A DNA stretch of 64,000 nucleotides from Chrysomallon squamiferum (GCA_012295275.1 CM022668.1:4650001-4714000), one strand, 5' to 3'; positions 17,935 through 31,688 are shown, numbered from the stretch's first letter. The notes: generated by a model not told the origin, from the sequence alone. Program-made: numbers and translations.

Positions 17935-20900
17935 TCACTGTTGCTGTTCGTCTTCTGGAAGTTCCTCTCCACACTCGAATCTTACAAAATCTTTAATTAC
18001 GATTTTGTTTTCTTTTAAAATTTCTCCCACTTTGCACGAATTGTCCAGCAAGAATTCCTGAAATATCAGTCTGTCCTCTTCTTCTTTTTCCTCTTTCTTT
18101 TCAGCAGGTTCGTCCTCTTTTCTGTCTCCTTCCTCTTTCTTTTCTGCTGGTTCATCATCTTTTCTGTCTTCTTTCTGTTTGTTTTGTGCCGATTCAAAAT
18201 CTTCAAGACTCCCCACTGTCTTAGGATTCATTCCAACAATGTGTTGACACAGTTCGTTCGTAAGGTCAGATAGTGACCTAGGGTCAAGTTCACTGGCGGA
18301 AGAGTCGATTTCGACCAGCGCACCAAACCGACCAACGAAACAAAAAGAGTTTGTGTTTATTTGAGGACCTGCAAAGAAGAATTTGAAAAAATAAAAATTA
18401 TGAATTATTGATAAAATAATTTTAAATATAAACTGAGAATGGAAAAAGTTAAATAATAAAAAAAAATAAAACATAACATTACTAATTTGCCCATAATTGT
18501 TAATGAAATGGAAAAATTTAGGAATGAAAAATATTTAGTTGAATGAGCTGAATAAAAATCTCTTTAAAAAAATCATCTGTTTATATGTTGTTGAATGGGG
18601 AAAAAAGTCTTGACAAATAATAAAACAATTAACAAAATAAAAACAAATTTCTATGAAGAATGGATGCATGAATTCATAAGGATTTACAGAAGGAACAAAA
18701 AACGAATACTACAAAATCATAGAATGTATCTGTTGATGTCACCTGATGCAGTTAAATACTTTGAATGGACAAAGAGACACACATGTAAATATGAAGGAAG
18801 AATATTAATTATTAAAAAAATTAAATATAATTATTGTCAGTGGTTTCATCGACTTCTGTCTTTATGACCTGAATGGATGGATGGATGGCTTGGTAGAACA
18901 TATAAAACAACTGAAAATGTGAAATATTTTGCTAACTGAAAATGTCAAATATTTCTCAACCTGATGAGTGTACGTATATTTTGACAATTGAGTTGGGTGA
19001 AGATTTCATGTGAACAGCTCTGCGAAACGCCATGTTTTCTCCAATACTTCCAACCTGCAGCGCAACCAAGTCTGCGAGTGTCTTGTCTTCAGAGTTCTTT
19101 ATGTTTCCTACTTCAGACTTTGACAAGAGTATCTACCTCAAAATAAATAATAATACAGAATAAATAAACAAATAAAGAAAATCTTCCTATTTCAGACTTT
19201 GACAAGAGTATCTACCTCAAAATAAATAAATAATACAGAATAAATAAGTTAATAAACAAATAAACCATCAAACAAACTAAAACACTAAAAAGAAAAGAAT
19301 ACAGAATATAAGTTAATATATAAATAAATTAAAAAACAAATAATAGGTAAACAAAAATATAAGTGCAGTATATACATAAATACAGAATCTAAATACAAAA
19401 AAACACTACAATATACAAATAAAGAAAGAAAAAAGTAAAAATATAACACAGATAAATAAAAATATACAAAACAAAATATAGGAAGAGTAAATGAATAAAA
19501 CAAACAAAATATAGGAAGAGTAAATGAATAAAACAAACAAGTAGGTAAGTTAGATAGTGTGTGTGTGTATGTGTGTGTGTGTGTATGTGTGTGTGTATTT
19601 GTGTGTGTGTGCATGTGCATCTGCCTTTTGTACATGGTTTGATGTATGAAAATAACTGATTAAGTTTTGTATTCCTACCTTTTTCCTCTCATCGTTGACA
19701 AATCTGTGTTGACAGATGTTAACTAAATCGACAACTAAACCAACAAATTTGTTATTCCGAGCCACAAAGTCAGTTTCACAGTTTACCTGAATTAAATGAA
19801 TAAAGAATAAAATACAAATAATGTGATGATAAAAGAACAAACAACTGATTAGACATAACAATTACAATTAAATATGTGAATATGGAATAAACTTCTACTA
19901 GTATGATAATGAATGACAGAACACTTGATTAGATATGATAACCAATGTTAAACAGTTTATGATTATGACATATAAATTTTAAAAGTTCATATTTTTTATG
20001 AAAGGATTTTTAAAAATATACATTCTTATGATTTATTACTAGAAAACTTTATGATGAATTGATAATCATAAATATGACTTTCCAACTATTTCTAAATATC
20101 CAATGCCTCTGCCTAACTGGACTATTTCATAATACAGCCAGTGCATAAACATTTACCGAAAACTGTGATATGTGTTTTCCAGTATATAGGAAGTTACTAC
20201 AAAAGAAAAATGTTCTGCTAATCAACAAGAACACTGGTAAAACCATTTTCTTTCACACAAAAATGTGCCGAGACATTTCTGAGCAAAGTTTTATCTACCA
20301 ATTTATCCTATTTCTACCTAATGTTTTGAAAGAGAACAGTAAAGTCAAATTAAAATTTAGTTTTTGTTTTAACAAGCACCTCAACCATGGTGGCTGACTG
20401 CTCTCTGGCAATCACACCAATTAAACCCTGAGACATCGGACGAGTTTGAAGTTTTGTAGCTTTGTTCCAGCCTTCCTTCTGAGCCTGTTCCTTCAACCAC
20501 TGCTCTGCCTGCAAAATGTCAAATTCATTGTCAAACATGTCTTAGAATAGTTTATCTTATATATGTGTAAATGTTGATTAGCAAATATCTGTGACTGTGT
20601 TTTTTCACAATAGTAAATTTTAGAATATAAATTTTATCTTATGTGGATATGTGTATGTTTTTGTTTGTTTTAGAATATTTATCTTATTTAAACAATGATT
20701 GGTTGGTGAGTGTGTAAGTGTTTATCATATCTTAATGTTAATGTATGTCTCTGTACATATACATTTCTAAACTTCCCTAAGTCACAGACTATATTTTATA
20801 ATGGAGGTTTTTGTTGGTTTTTTGCAAAATGTTTGCAACTGTAATCAACATAAATTATTTTATTACACAAACTAATTTTCTAAACAATTTTCTGTCATAC

Positions 20901-21303
20901 TCAGTGTTTCCTGACAGAATTACCTCCCTGTTCCTTAACAGTTTTGCTTTATCTTTACTATCAACATTTATTTAGCAGTAATGTAGGCTTTATAATTTCA
21001 TTTGTTAACATAGATAAGTGTGTGTGTGTGTGTGTGTGTGTGTATGTTTGTGGGTGTGTGTAAATCTGTGTGTGTTTTGTGTGTGAGTACATAGCTGCAA
21101 CATCAACAAAATTATTTGACTATCTTCAGATATAATTTGGATGAACGAGATGTACAAACCTGTTTGAAATCATTGTCAAACTGTTCAAGAGCTTTTTTAC
21201 AGTTGATAAAAGGAAAACCTGTTTTCTTGCGAAGTTTGCTCAACACAGATTTGTCAACAGCAGTTGACATTGTACGAACACTAAGCTGCAGCAGTCGCAA
21301 CAT
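17935..21303 (-). CDS. TSFM: Mitochondrial translation elongation factor Ts (328 aa), 5 coding exons
   Basis: Exons 21303-21160, 20508-20380, 19786-19679, 19132-18961 and 18368-17935, GT-AG, total 987 nt. Motifs: LRKKTGFPFINCKKAL, EVNCETDFVARN, IGENMAFRRA, LCQHIVGMNP, FVRFECGE. N-terminal mitochondrial presequence MLRLLQLSVRTMS. Confidence 0.96.
19105..19250 (-). repeat. 79-bp tandem duplication spanning the acceptor and first ~28 nt of TSFM exon 19132-18961
   Basis: 'ttcagactttgacaagagtatctacctcaaaataaataa' occurs at ~19112 and ~19191. Confidence 0.85.
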
Positions 21304-21849
21304 GTTCAATTCTGAAAGAACAATTATCAAACAATAATAACAGTGGTAGTAATGCAGTAGTTACTAACAACATACATACACTACACTCACACACAGGAAT
21401 ATATATGCAATGACAGACAGATATTCCACAACATCCATATAAAGGCCTGATGATTATTAATAAAATGTCCTTTCACATTTGACACGCCGAAAATCACCCA
21501 CTCGGCATAATAATAATAATTTAATAAACCTTTGCATTCTACCCGTATGTGTGTTCCATACACTATCTACCTTTCTACCAAGCATGCATCCATTTATATC
21601 TATATCTAGTATGTATGTGTGTGCGTTTGTACGTGGTAAAGTGTGTATGCTTTACATACAGAAGATGCAATAAATGAATAAGGTGCGTTTCTCGACATTC
21701 ATAAAATTCTGACATTGTGCCGATTGTCCTTCCAAAAATAATTCTACAAAAAACAAAGAAAAACACCAGCTACTAGGAATCTAACATACTGTTCTACTCT
21801 CTAAACAGTTTAATGTTTACTCACTCAGTCAATTATGAAACTAAATAAC

Positions 21850-22250
21850 AGTAAAACCAAGCTCACTTGTAAGAAAGGTCCTACAGTCTGTAAACGTGAT
21901 TTACTTTCGTTTCGTCACATGTATTGCAGGGTACCGGAAGTGGGTCCGACAAATTGGAACTGGAATGAACACAGGGCAGTTACAAAATTACATGGGCATT
22001 GTTTCATATAACTGTAACAATAAACAGTTATAATAATGTACTTGAGATTATATACATTAGATGAAAAAATATATTTAACAAACATTTACACTGCTTTTTT
22101 TATTTATTTATAACTATTACAATCTCAAAGTATATAATTCGCCACGAAAATAACACCAGTCCGAATTTCCCTTGTAAATATCTTCCTTTCCGGTGTTTCT
22201 TGTCTTCTGTTATAAATTATTTATTCTTTCTTAAATTATTGCTCATTTTT
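21850..22250. promoter_or_regulatory. Candidate bidirectional promoter between TSFM (-) and the zinc-finger gene (+)
   Basis: Head-to-head gene layout. Locally CpG-rich. ETS motif CCGGAAGT at 21934 and TTCCGG at ~22188. Minus-strand donor-like sites at ~21866 and ~21823 could end a TSFM 5'UTR exon. Confidence 0.5.
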
Positions 22251-23066
22251 TTATGACAGGAACAGAAGAAAATACAGAGATTGTTATACATGTAAAGTTA
22301 ATACTATTTTATTTATTCAGCCATTTATCTGAAGCCAGAAAGGTACAAACTAAAAAATATTCTGTGAAATTTTAATGATTTTGTTGGCATCATAATTCCT
22401 CCTTTTTCTAGGAATAATATAGAGATATTTCTGATTGCATGCATATTATTAAACGATTTTGTTGCGATACAGTGACATATTAATAATAAGAACAACAGAG
22501 CAACCCATAATGATATTAATCAAAAGCGTCTTATAATTAAAGGGGAAATAAGTATTTCAGTTAATTATTTCTACAGTAGATATTTCGTTATTTATTTATT
22601 AGTATTAATAGTAATGGTATTAGAATTAGTAGTACTAGAGGTAGTGATATCATGTTATTGTTATTGTTTTTCTTTACTTCAGTTCAGAGTTTATTTCTCT
22701 TGTTTTCTCTTTTTCAGCATGTATTGTTTTTCACATGAGATGAACCATGGTTTATCTATTTTATGGAACACCTGACTTTTGATCATTCTGAAATTTTATC
22801 ATCTTAAAAGATTAGCAGCATACTTTAATCCAAGCTGAAAGAAACTTATTGTGTTCATTGTTTTAACATTGTTAACTACTGTTGGTAAATGCAGATTGTT
22901 TCTGAGAGCTTAAACTTTTTGCTGACACAACAGCAACAAAATGAGTATATCTGATAGTGAGTATACTGTTGAAAACCTTTCTTAAAACTTAGAATAGCCA
23001 GCTAGAATAAAGAAAGATATTTCATACTGAAAGCATGAGTAATTCTGTTGTAGGTGATAGAAGAAA

Positions 23067-24002
23067 ATGACTAGTAGAACAAGAAGAACAAGAAATACAA
23101 AACTGAACAAGGAAACACTTAGTAGATCAGCTAATTCTGAAACATGCCTCACAAACATCACATCAAGTGAAACTTCATTTTATGTTCATAATGACTGTCC
23201 AAGCTCCTGTGGAGAATTCCATAAGGCATCAAGTCACCTTTCTGATAGTAAGTGTGTACTAAATGAGGCATCTAGTCACCTTTCTGATAGTAAGTGTGTA
23301 CTAAATGAGGCATCAAGTCAACTTTCTGACAGTTCATGTGTACTAAATGAGGCATCAAGTCAACATTCTGACAGTTCATGTGTACTAAATAAGGCATCAA
23401 GTCAACATTCTGACAGTTCATGTGTACTAAATGAAGCATCAAGTCAACGCTCTGAATCTGGAGGTGACATCAGTGAAGCTGCAGATGAAACAAATGAGGC
23501 ATCTCATCACCATGGCAATGACAGTCAAGCCGCAACGGTAGCAGACGACGATGACGAATCGTTAAATGAAGATGTCGAGCAGATGGAGGTGTTCATCTGC
23601 GGTGAGTGCAACAAAGAGTTCTCCACTCGACGTTACCTCAGAAAACACATGATTGTACACCTGCAGGTCAAGAGGTTTGTGTGCAACATCTGCGGGAAAT
23701 CGTTCCACCGTAACGGAAACCTGCGACAGCACGTCCTGGTTCACACTGGGATGAAGCTGTACAAATGCGACGTTTGTCTGAAAGACTTCCGGAGACAGGA
23801 CCATCTCCTGCGTCACAGGACTCTACACACCGGAGAGCGTCCCCACGTCTGCAAGGTTTGTGGGAAAACCTTCGACAAACCATTCGCTCTGAAAAGACAC
23901 CTGCTCACTCACGAACCAAAGTCGTCTCTCTGTTGTGGTTACTGTGGCGATACGTTTGTTAAGAAACATGATCTAGATCGCCATGTTTTGTTACATGCGT
24001 AA
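23067..24002 (+). CDS. C2H2 zinc-finger protein (311 aa, 5 fingers, intronless ORF) with an N-terminal 14-aa repeat
   Basis: Five CxxC-x12-HxxxH fingers (FICGEC..HMIVH, FVCNIC..HVLVH, YKCDVC..HRTLH, HVCKVC..HLLTH, CGYC..HVLLH) with an HTGERP linker, and an acidic patch before the fingers. Confidence 0.93.
   Translation: MTSRTRRTRNTKLNKETLSRSANSETCLTNITSSETSFYVHNDCPSSCGEFHKASSHLSDSKCVLNEASSHLSDSKCVLNEASSQLSDSSCVLNEASSQHSDSSCVLNKASSQHSDSSCVLNEASSQRSESGGDISEAADETNEASHHHGNDSQAATVADDDDESLNEDVEQMEVFICGECNKEFSTRRYLRKHMIVHLQVKRFVCNICGKSFHRNGNLRQHVLVHTGMKLYKCDVCLKDFRRQDHLLRHRTLHTGERPHVCKVCGKTFDKPFALKRHLLTHEPKSSLCCGYCGDTFVKKHDLDRHVLLHA
23224..23455 (+). repeat. Coding 42-bp minisatellite, ~5.5 copies (ASSxxSDSxCVLNE)
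   Basis: Unit aggcatcaagtcaacattctgacagttcatgtgtactaaatg, repeated in frame. Confidence 0.92.
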
Positions 24003-24867
24003 AGGATAAAAAGATAATTGCCAGTGTTACTTTCAGTATTCAGTATTCATTATCCACAGAAAGGTAATAAAAATGAACTTGATTGTGTATTTGTGGTTGT
24101 ACAATGAAATGTGGAATATGGTGTGTGTGTGTGTGTATGTGTATATATATATATATATCCATTTGTACAGATGTTACCTACGTGCACATACATATGCACA
24201 TGCACACACATCAGTGGTCTAAGCATTAAGAAACAATTTGTACAAACACATTACATACATTACCATTTTAACTGAACAATCAAACTCTCTCTCTCTGTGG
24301 GTGTATATAATTGTATAATTATTATGTATAAAATTATGTTGTTTGATGTTTGTGTTTATGTATGATTGTGTAAAGATGTACATTTATTTAATTAAGTGTA
24401 AATGGTGTAATTGTTTGTAACTAATAATTCTACATAAAAATAATGTGTTCATTTGCTGATATATACTGATGTATGCATGCTATGTGTAGTGTATGTAAAA
24501 TTAGATAATATTTATGTATAAAGATAAAAAAGTGAAGATATAAATACAATTATTATTTTTATTATCATTATTTCAGTGCAGTATTTTAGTATCTACTTAA
24601 AAAATATTTTATCTTAATAACCTAATGAAACAAGCCACTCACTGTTTATTTTCACTTTCTAATAGAAACTCATTTCATCTTGAGATCTTTTCTAGTTCTT
24701 TATGAAAACCTTGATTTGTATGTCATAACTATGGTAATAATAAGGATAGAATAGCGATCATTCTCCTTACCTTGGCGTTTGTGTCGGTGTTAAGTTTCTG
24801 AAGGGAGAGCACTCGCAGAAGACTCCGTTTTGAAAATATAATAAGAATTTTGATGTTTTGAGGTACA

Positions 24868-24916
<49 letters not shown>

Positions 24917-26357
24917 TGAGCCTACTATCCCGTATCCACCAAAAGTATATTAATACAAATTATTAATTGTATTTAATATGTATATATCGAACAGACTGAG
25001 ATATGAGGTATTTTTTGAGATATAAGGTATTTTTTTTATTTTAGCACGTGTAGGCATTAGTGGTAAAGATGTGTTTTTATGGAGAACATTCTTTTTTTCT
25101 TTTTTCTTTAACCGATTTCCATTCTAAGTATAAAACGTTTACAATTATAGTATTAAACTAAATTGCTGTTTGTTAAAACCTTTTTGCAGCATTTCGATAA
25201 ATAAATAAATAAAAACTTTGGTCTTTTTAAAATCCCCAGACATTTTCAAGTTCGTCACGTTATCGACAAACCTCGTTTTCGTTATTATTCACGTCTGCGA
25301 ACAACAGGAATGGTCTTCGAATAAACTGCGTCTTTTCTATTTTAATGTGAGACCAAATGTTTACCATTTACATTAACGATCTATTAATTCAGGCCCACTG
25401 GAAAGATATAGGTATTAGTGGATGCCGTTTGTACGTAAATCGAATCTATTTCCGTTAATTACATTTTTGTTATCGAACGAATGAGTTCGACAGTAAAGAA
25501 AATCACCTATGTCCCATTGTTCACATGGTAACTTATTATGGAACAGCAGTTTTATTAAATTAGCTGATTACATCTTTCGAATAGGTCAGGATGAATTGTC
25601 ACCGTCTTGGAAGCTTTTTTAAAGGAATACTCGAGAGATACGAGCGTTACCTGTAAAAACAATATGTGTAAAATACTCAGATACACATGTATCTAACAAC
25701 TTGAAATAATTATTACCAAATTACTTGTGATATGTAAATAAACTCTTAAATGTCGATGTTTTATGGTTTGAGACATTCATTCATCATCATCATCATCATA
25801 ATCATCATCATTAATATTTTTAATAGCAGTAATAGTAATAGTAATAATTTATTTTAACTTGTATATTATTTAAAATTATTGTAATATTTTTCTTGAAAAA
25901 AAACATAGCAGGAAAGATATTTTTGTAATGCTATCTTAATATAATAATAATAATAATAACAACAACAACAATAATAATAACAATATCAAATATAAATAAT
26001 ATTATTTTTTATTAACAACAGATGTTTATTGGCAATTCCTTTTGATGTGCATGACATGACTGCGTGATAACTAGGAATCTCTTTAAAATCTAAGAAAATG
26101 AGGTCCGCGCGCACACTTGAACTAAAAATCGTTAGATTTTATTAAAGATAGTGACGTTTTTATTGACAGTAAGCAGAGTTGAGCATTTAATGTCGTTGAA
26201 TATGCTGGTCATGTGTGTTTTATAAAATTGAGAATTGTAACATGGTGTTAGGGTGAATCTGGTTTATATGCAGTTCACAGCTTTTAATGACCATAAAGTA
26301 AACGTACGTACCAACATTTACAGACAGTACAAGCATATATATACATTATATACACAT

Positions 26358-26401
<44 letters not shown>

Positions 26402-27252
26402 GTGTATATAATGTATATACACACACACACACTTTCCAACCGACATCAAGACATATATACTTAACAGAGATTTATATTCAATACAGTCTAATCAGGTATA
26501 CTTATCACAAATATTCTTTGTTAAACACGTTCAACTGTACTTAAAGATAAAATACACAGAGAAAAAAAATAAAGAAATAAAAAAAGAACGTTGCTTATGA
26601 TAACCAATTTAGAAAAGAAAAATCAATATATTATTAATGGAGATTCGATCCAACGACCTTCTCAAACCTTGGAGGAGAGCTGGTAATAGAGTACAAAGCC
26701 AAGTGTTCGATATATAATGCAATGAATTTTTATTTCTTCCTTCCTTTCAGTCATTCTTTTTCTCTCTCCCTCTTTTTCTCTTTTTTTTTCTTTTTCTTCT
26801 TCTTCTTCTTATTATTACTATTAATAGTAGTATTAGTAGTAGTAGTTTTGTCATTTTTGATTATTTTTTAATTTCTTTCTTTCTTTCTTTTTTTATATAT
26901 CTTTTTTTTTCATTTTGTTTGATTTCACTTTACATTTTCTTTCTTTCTTTTTTAATTTAATTTAGTGTTTATACAAAAATTAATAACATTTTGCGTTTAT
27001 TTTATTTTTATTCAACGTTTTTTTATGTGTTTGGGTTTTTTGGGGGGAAGGTTTATTTATTTATTTGTTTTCTGTTTGTTTGCTTGTTTGTTTATTTAAT
27101 TCCTTAAAATGTTTGTATTAATTCATTTACTAATTCATTTATCCATTCATTCAAATCATCTTTGGTTTATTAATTCATTTAGTTTCAATATATAGATAGA
27201 CAGACAGACAGGTAGATAGATAGACGGACTAACGGATAAACAGATGGACGGA

Positions 27253-27294
<42 letters not shown>

Positions 27295-27295
27295 T

Positions 27296-27332
<37 letters not shown>

Positions 27333-28769
27333 CAGTCAGATAGATAGATAGACCAATAGACTGACCAAAATATAGACTGATATGGGTAAACGTAAATATT
27401 TAAACTAAATAAAGAAATAAAAAGAAATAATAATTAAAAAGAAAAAAAAAAAAATAAAAATTAAAAAAAAGAAGTTGAAGAAATACATAACGTAAGCAAT
27501 TTTAAAAAAATCCATTATCCAATTTAAAAATAATAATAATAAAAAAAAAAATAATAATAAAAAAAAAAAAAAAAAAAAAATACACTCTGAACAGATTTCG
27601 ATTTGCAACATGTGTTAACGGGTAACACAATACGAATATTTAAAAAAAAAAGAAAATTATTCCTCGTCCACGCTACCCCCATCCAGTCTTTCCTTTCCCA
27701 ACATTACCCACTGCTTTCCTCAATTACGTAGCTTAATCGATTTCCCACGACTGAAGAGCTTTCGTTTTCTTTCCTTACGTTACAAGAGAGTTCGAAAAGG
27801 GAAGAAGAAAAAACTTAGTAAAGGAAAATAATCAATCTCTTCGTTGACTGCTGTAAGATGTGAGTACGTTACGTTCTGCTCGTTAGTTCAGCTGTTTATT
27901 GCATGTTTAGTTTTTAACCACAGAACTTTACGGAGGTGAGTAACGTACATTTATAATTTGTTGATATGTGTTAAATATTTTTGTTGATGTTATTATAACT
28001 ACTACTGATGTTTTCGTATTTGTGTTCATATTACTATAACTACAACCAGAAGATTACATAATATGTATTACGTATATTCGTTGAAGATTTTAATAATATT
28101 GCCGCCAGAACGTTACTATTACTACAACCAGAACATTACGCTTATATCAATTGCGTATATTCAATGAATTTTTCAATAATATTTCAACTAGAATATTATA
28201 ACTACATATATATTTTGATATATTCATTGAAATTTTTAATAATATTACAGCCAGAATATTACAACTACATATAACGTACTTTTATATTCTGTTGATATGT
28301 TTTACATATTTTTCGCTATTATTGTTACTCAAAGCAGAACGTTACCAAGATAAGTAACGTATTTTAATATTCTGTTCATGTGTGTATTCTTAATTGTTAG
28401 AAACAGAATCAAAACGTTACAAAAGATTAGTAACGTACATTAATGATTTTAATATTGAAACCATGTGCTAACAAACAGTCTTGATATATTATAATTTGCA
28501 GACATCAGTACGATTGAAAGGTAGGTAACATATATTAAGATTCTTTTAATATGTCTTCTTTTACATAGTTGATGTTATAACTGATGCAGCCTAGATTTTG
28601 TATTTCATTGCAACCAATACGTTACTGATATGGGTTAAGTCAATATTCTTTCTCTGTGTTTTGTTTATTTTAAATCTATTTTTTCTGGTGTTGTTATTTC
28701 GGAAGCCTCTACGTTATGATAGCACCGATAATTACGTTAATAGTTACCGAAGTAACTAACGTTCATATC

Positions 28770-29760
28770 GTGTTACATTGACGTTATTATTACTGAAGTC
28801 AGTATGTTACATTGATGTTATTATTAGTGAAGTCAATATGCTACATTGACGTTATTATTAGTGAACTCAGTATGTTACATTAACGTTATTACTGAAGTGA
28901 ATATATTACACTGACGTTATTATTACTAAGTATTTTACATTGATGTTATTACTGAAGTGAATATGTTACACTGACGTTATTATTACTAAAGTATTTTACA
29001 TTGATGTTATTATTGAAGTGAATATACATTGACGTTAATGAAACGTTACTGTTATTACTGAAGTCAGTATGTTACACTGACGTTATTATTACTGAAGTCA
29101 ATGTGCTACACCGACGTTATTATTACTGAAGTCTGTATGTTACACTGACGTTATTATTACTGAAGTCAATATGTTACACTGATGTTATTAATTACTGAAG
29201 TCTGTATGTTACACTGATGTTATTATTACTGAAGTCAGTATGTTACACTGACGTTATTATTACTGAAGTCAGTATGTTACACTGACGTTATTATTACTGA
29301 AGTCAGTATGTTACACTGATGTTATTATTAATGAAGTCATTATGTTACATTGACGTTATTATTACTGAAGTCAGTATGCTATATTGGCGTTATTATTACT
29401 GAAGTCAGTATTTTACTTTGATGTTATTACTGAAGTCAGTATGTAACACTGACGTTATTATTACTGAAGTCAGTATGCTACATTGACGTTATTATTACTG
29501 AAGTCAGTATTTTACTTTGACGTTGAAGTGAATATGTGAATTGACGTTATTATTAGCTGAAGTTACACTGACGTTATTATTACTGAAGTCAGCATGTTAC
29601 ACTGACGTTATTATTAATGAAGTCTGTATATGTGGCACTGACGTTATTATTACATTGTGCTACATTGACGCTATTATTATGTTACACTGACGTTATTATT
29701 ACTGAAGTCAGTATGTTACACTGACGTTATTATTACTGAACATGTTATACTGATGTTATT
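28770..29760. repeat. 34-bp minisatellite, roughly 28-29 imperfect copies
   Basis: Unit tgttacactgacgttattattactgaagtcagta. Confidence 0.92.
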
Positions 29761-29941
29761 AGGACACCCAAAACATGTTAATATTATGTTGTCTGTTTAC
29801 TACTGACAATACTATTATGAGGTTAAATCACAACGGTAAGCAATCACATTCTTATATTAGGTAATTTCCACTAATATAGATTTCGTTCTTCTTGTTTTTG
29901 TTCACCTCTTCTTATTCTTTATTAATCTCTTATGCATGTGC

Positions 29942-29973
<32 letters not shown>

Positions 29974-30696
29974 GTATAAATATGTGTGTCTATGTTTGTA
30001 AGTGTGTCTCTGTCTCAGTATGTGTCACTTTTTGTGTGTGTGAGCGTGTGTGTCTGTGCATATTGATGTGTGGATATGTAGATGTTAGTATTTGTGTGTG
30101 AGTGAGTCAGTGTGTCTGTGTATATGTGTGCTTCTATGTCTTTGTGTGTTTGTGAGTATTACTTTTACATATTTTACAGCGCAAGGAAGGGTTCAACGAA
30201 CGCCAAATACAAATAACTACCAGCAGACAATCGAAATATTAAATTATCATATATAAATATCTTCCCTAACGTATTTTAATTTACTTCATTCAGACGATGC
30301 AGTGGAGCTTGGACCCGTGTAATTAAGGTTTATTTCTGTATTTAATTAATTAAATGCACAGTAGCCACATGGCTACTCTTGAAAGGCATTTTAAAAAGGT
30401 AATTTTAAAAAGGTTTATTTCAGGGTATTGAATTTTTAAAACTAGTCTGCCATTTATGGTCAATAATAAAATCTTATGATCGTTACCGTAGCTGGCGTTG
30501 TTCGGCAGATGGCTGTTAGATAAAGGTTAACGCCAATAAAGAAATACGTTTCTGAAGTCTGTTGTGTGATGTGGATAATTGAATTTAAGTTCAAGATGCC
30601 AGAGAAGAAAAATAACGAGAGAGTGTGAGGGTGAGTGTGTTGGGGAATTTTTTTTTTTCCCCTTTCTGTTGCGGAGATAATTTTTCACACACACAC

Positions 30697-30838
<142 letters not shown>

Positions 30839-31688
30839 CTATGTTAAATAAATGAATAAAAAGTGTATTATTATTATTATTATTATGCTTTTTTCTTCTT
30901 TTTTTTATTCATTTATATTATTTTTTTTAATTAAAATTGAAGCATCTTTTTACATTCATCAAACAAAAAATATGACTAATTATCTCAACATAATTAGTTT
31001 CCAGTAATTACAATTATCAAATTTTACACAAGTAATTATGAATAAAATGGATTATGTAAATCGAATATTTCATTGCTTGTTTTGAACTAACGCCAGACAA
31101 AAAAATTAAAAAAATTAAAAAAATTAAAATAAAAATAAGAAAAAAAGAAGAAAAAGGTTAAAAAAAGAAAGGAAAAGAAAGATAAAGAAGAAAAAATGCC
31201 CAGAACAATAATTTTTATTTTTATTTTTTATTTCAATTTAATTTTTTTTTTTTTTTTTTATTTAATTTTCATTATTTATTTTATGTTGCTGTTTGAAAGG
31301 AGAAGACGCTTCAGGAATATTTAAGTTTCTTACAGTTGTTGGTGTAGAATTTGTATTTACTTATTTACTTTAATTTATTTATTTAGTTATTTATTTAGTT
31401 ATTTCATGAAGTTTTATTTTCGAGTGAAATTTCTTTCCTATCTATGTATGGGTCTATATACGTGTATATGAGAGTGTGCGTTTGTATGGGTGTGTGTATC
31501 GGTGCGTGTCTGTGTCTTCTTGGTATGTATGTATATGTGGATTTGATAAAATAATTATAATTATATCTACTTAATTATACTTAATTCCACATTTTCTCAA
31601 TTTACTCTTCTTTTGTTTGTTTCAATCTTTGTCTCTTTACTTTTACTTTTATTTATTTTTCTTCTTCATTTTTTTTCTTTCTTTTCTT

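Noticed and set aside
23562-23962. Overlapping alternative-frame and antisense ORFs within the zinc-finger gene
   Set aside because: Shadow ORFs of a GC-rich coding exon, with no recognisable motif.
28770-29760. CRISPR-like appearance of the 29-34 bp repeat arrays (also 41266-41608 and 57803-58520)
   Set aside because: Units are head-to-tail with no unique spacers, there are no cas genes, and the context is eukaryotic.
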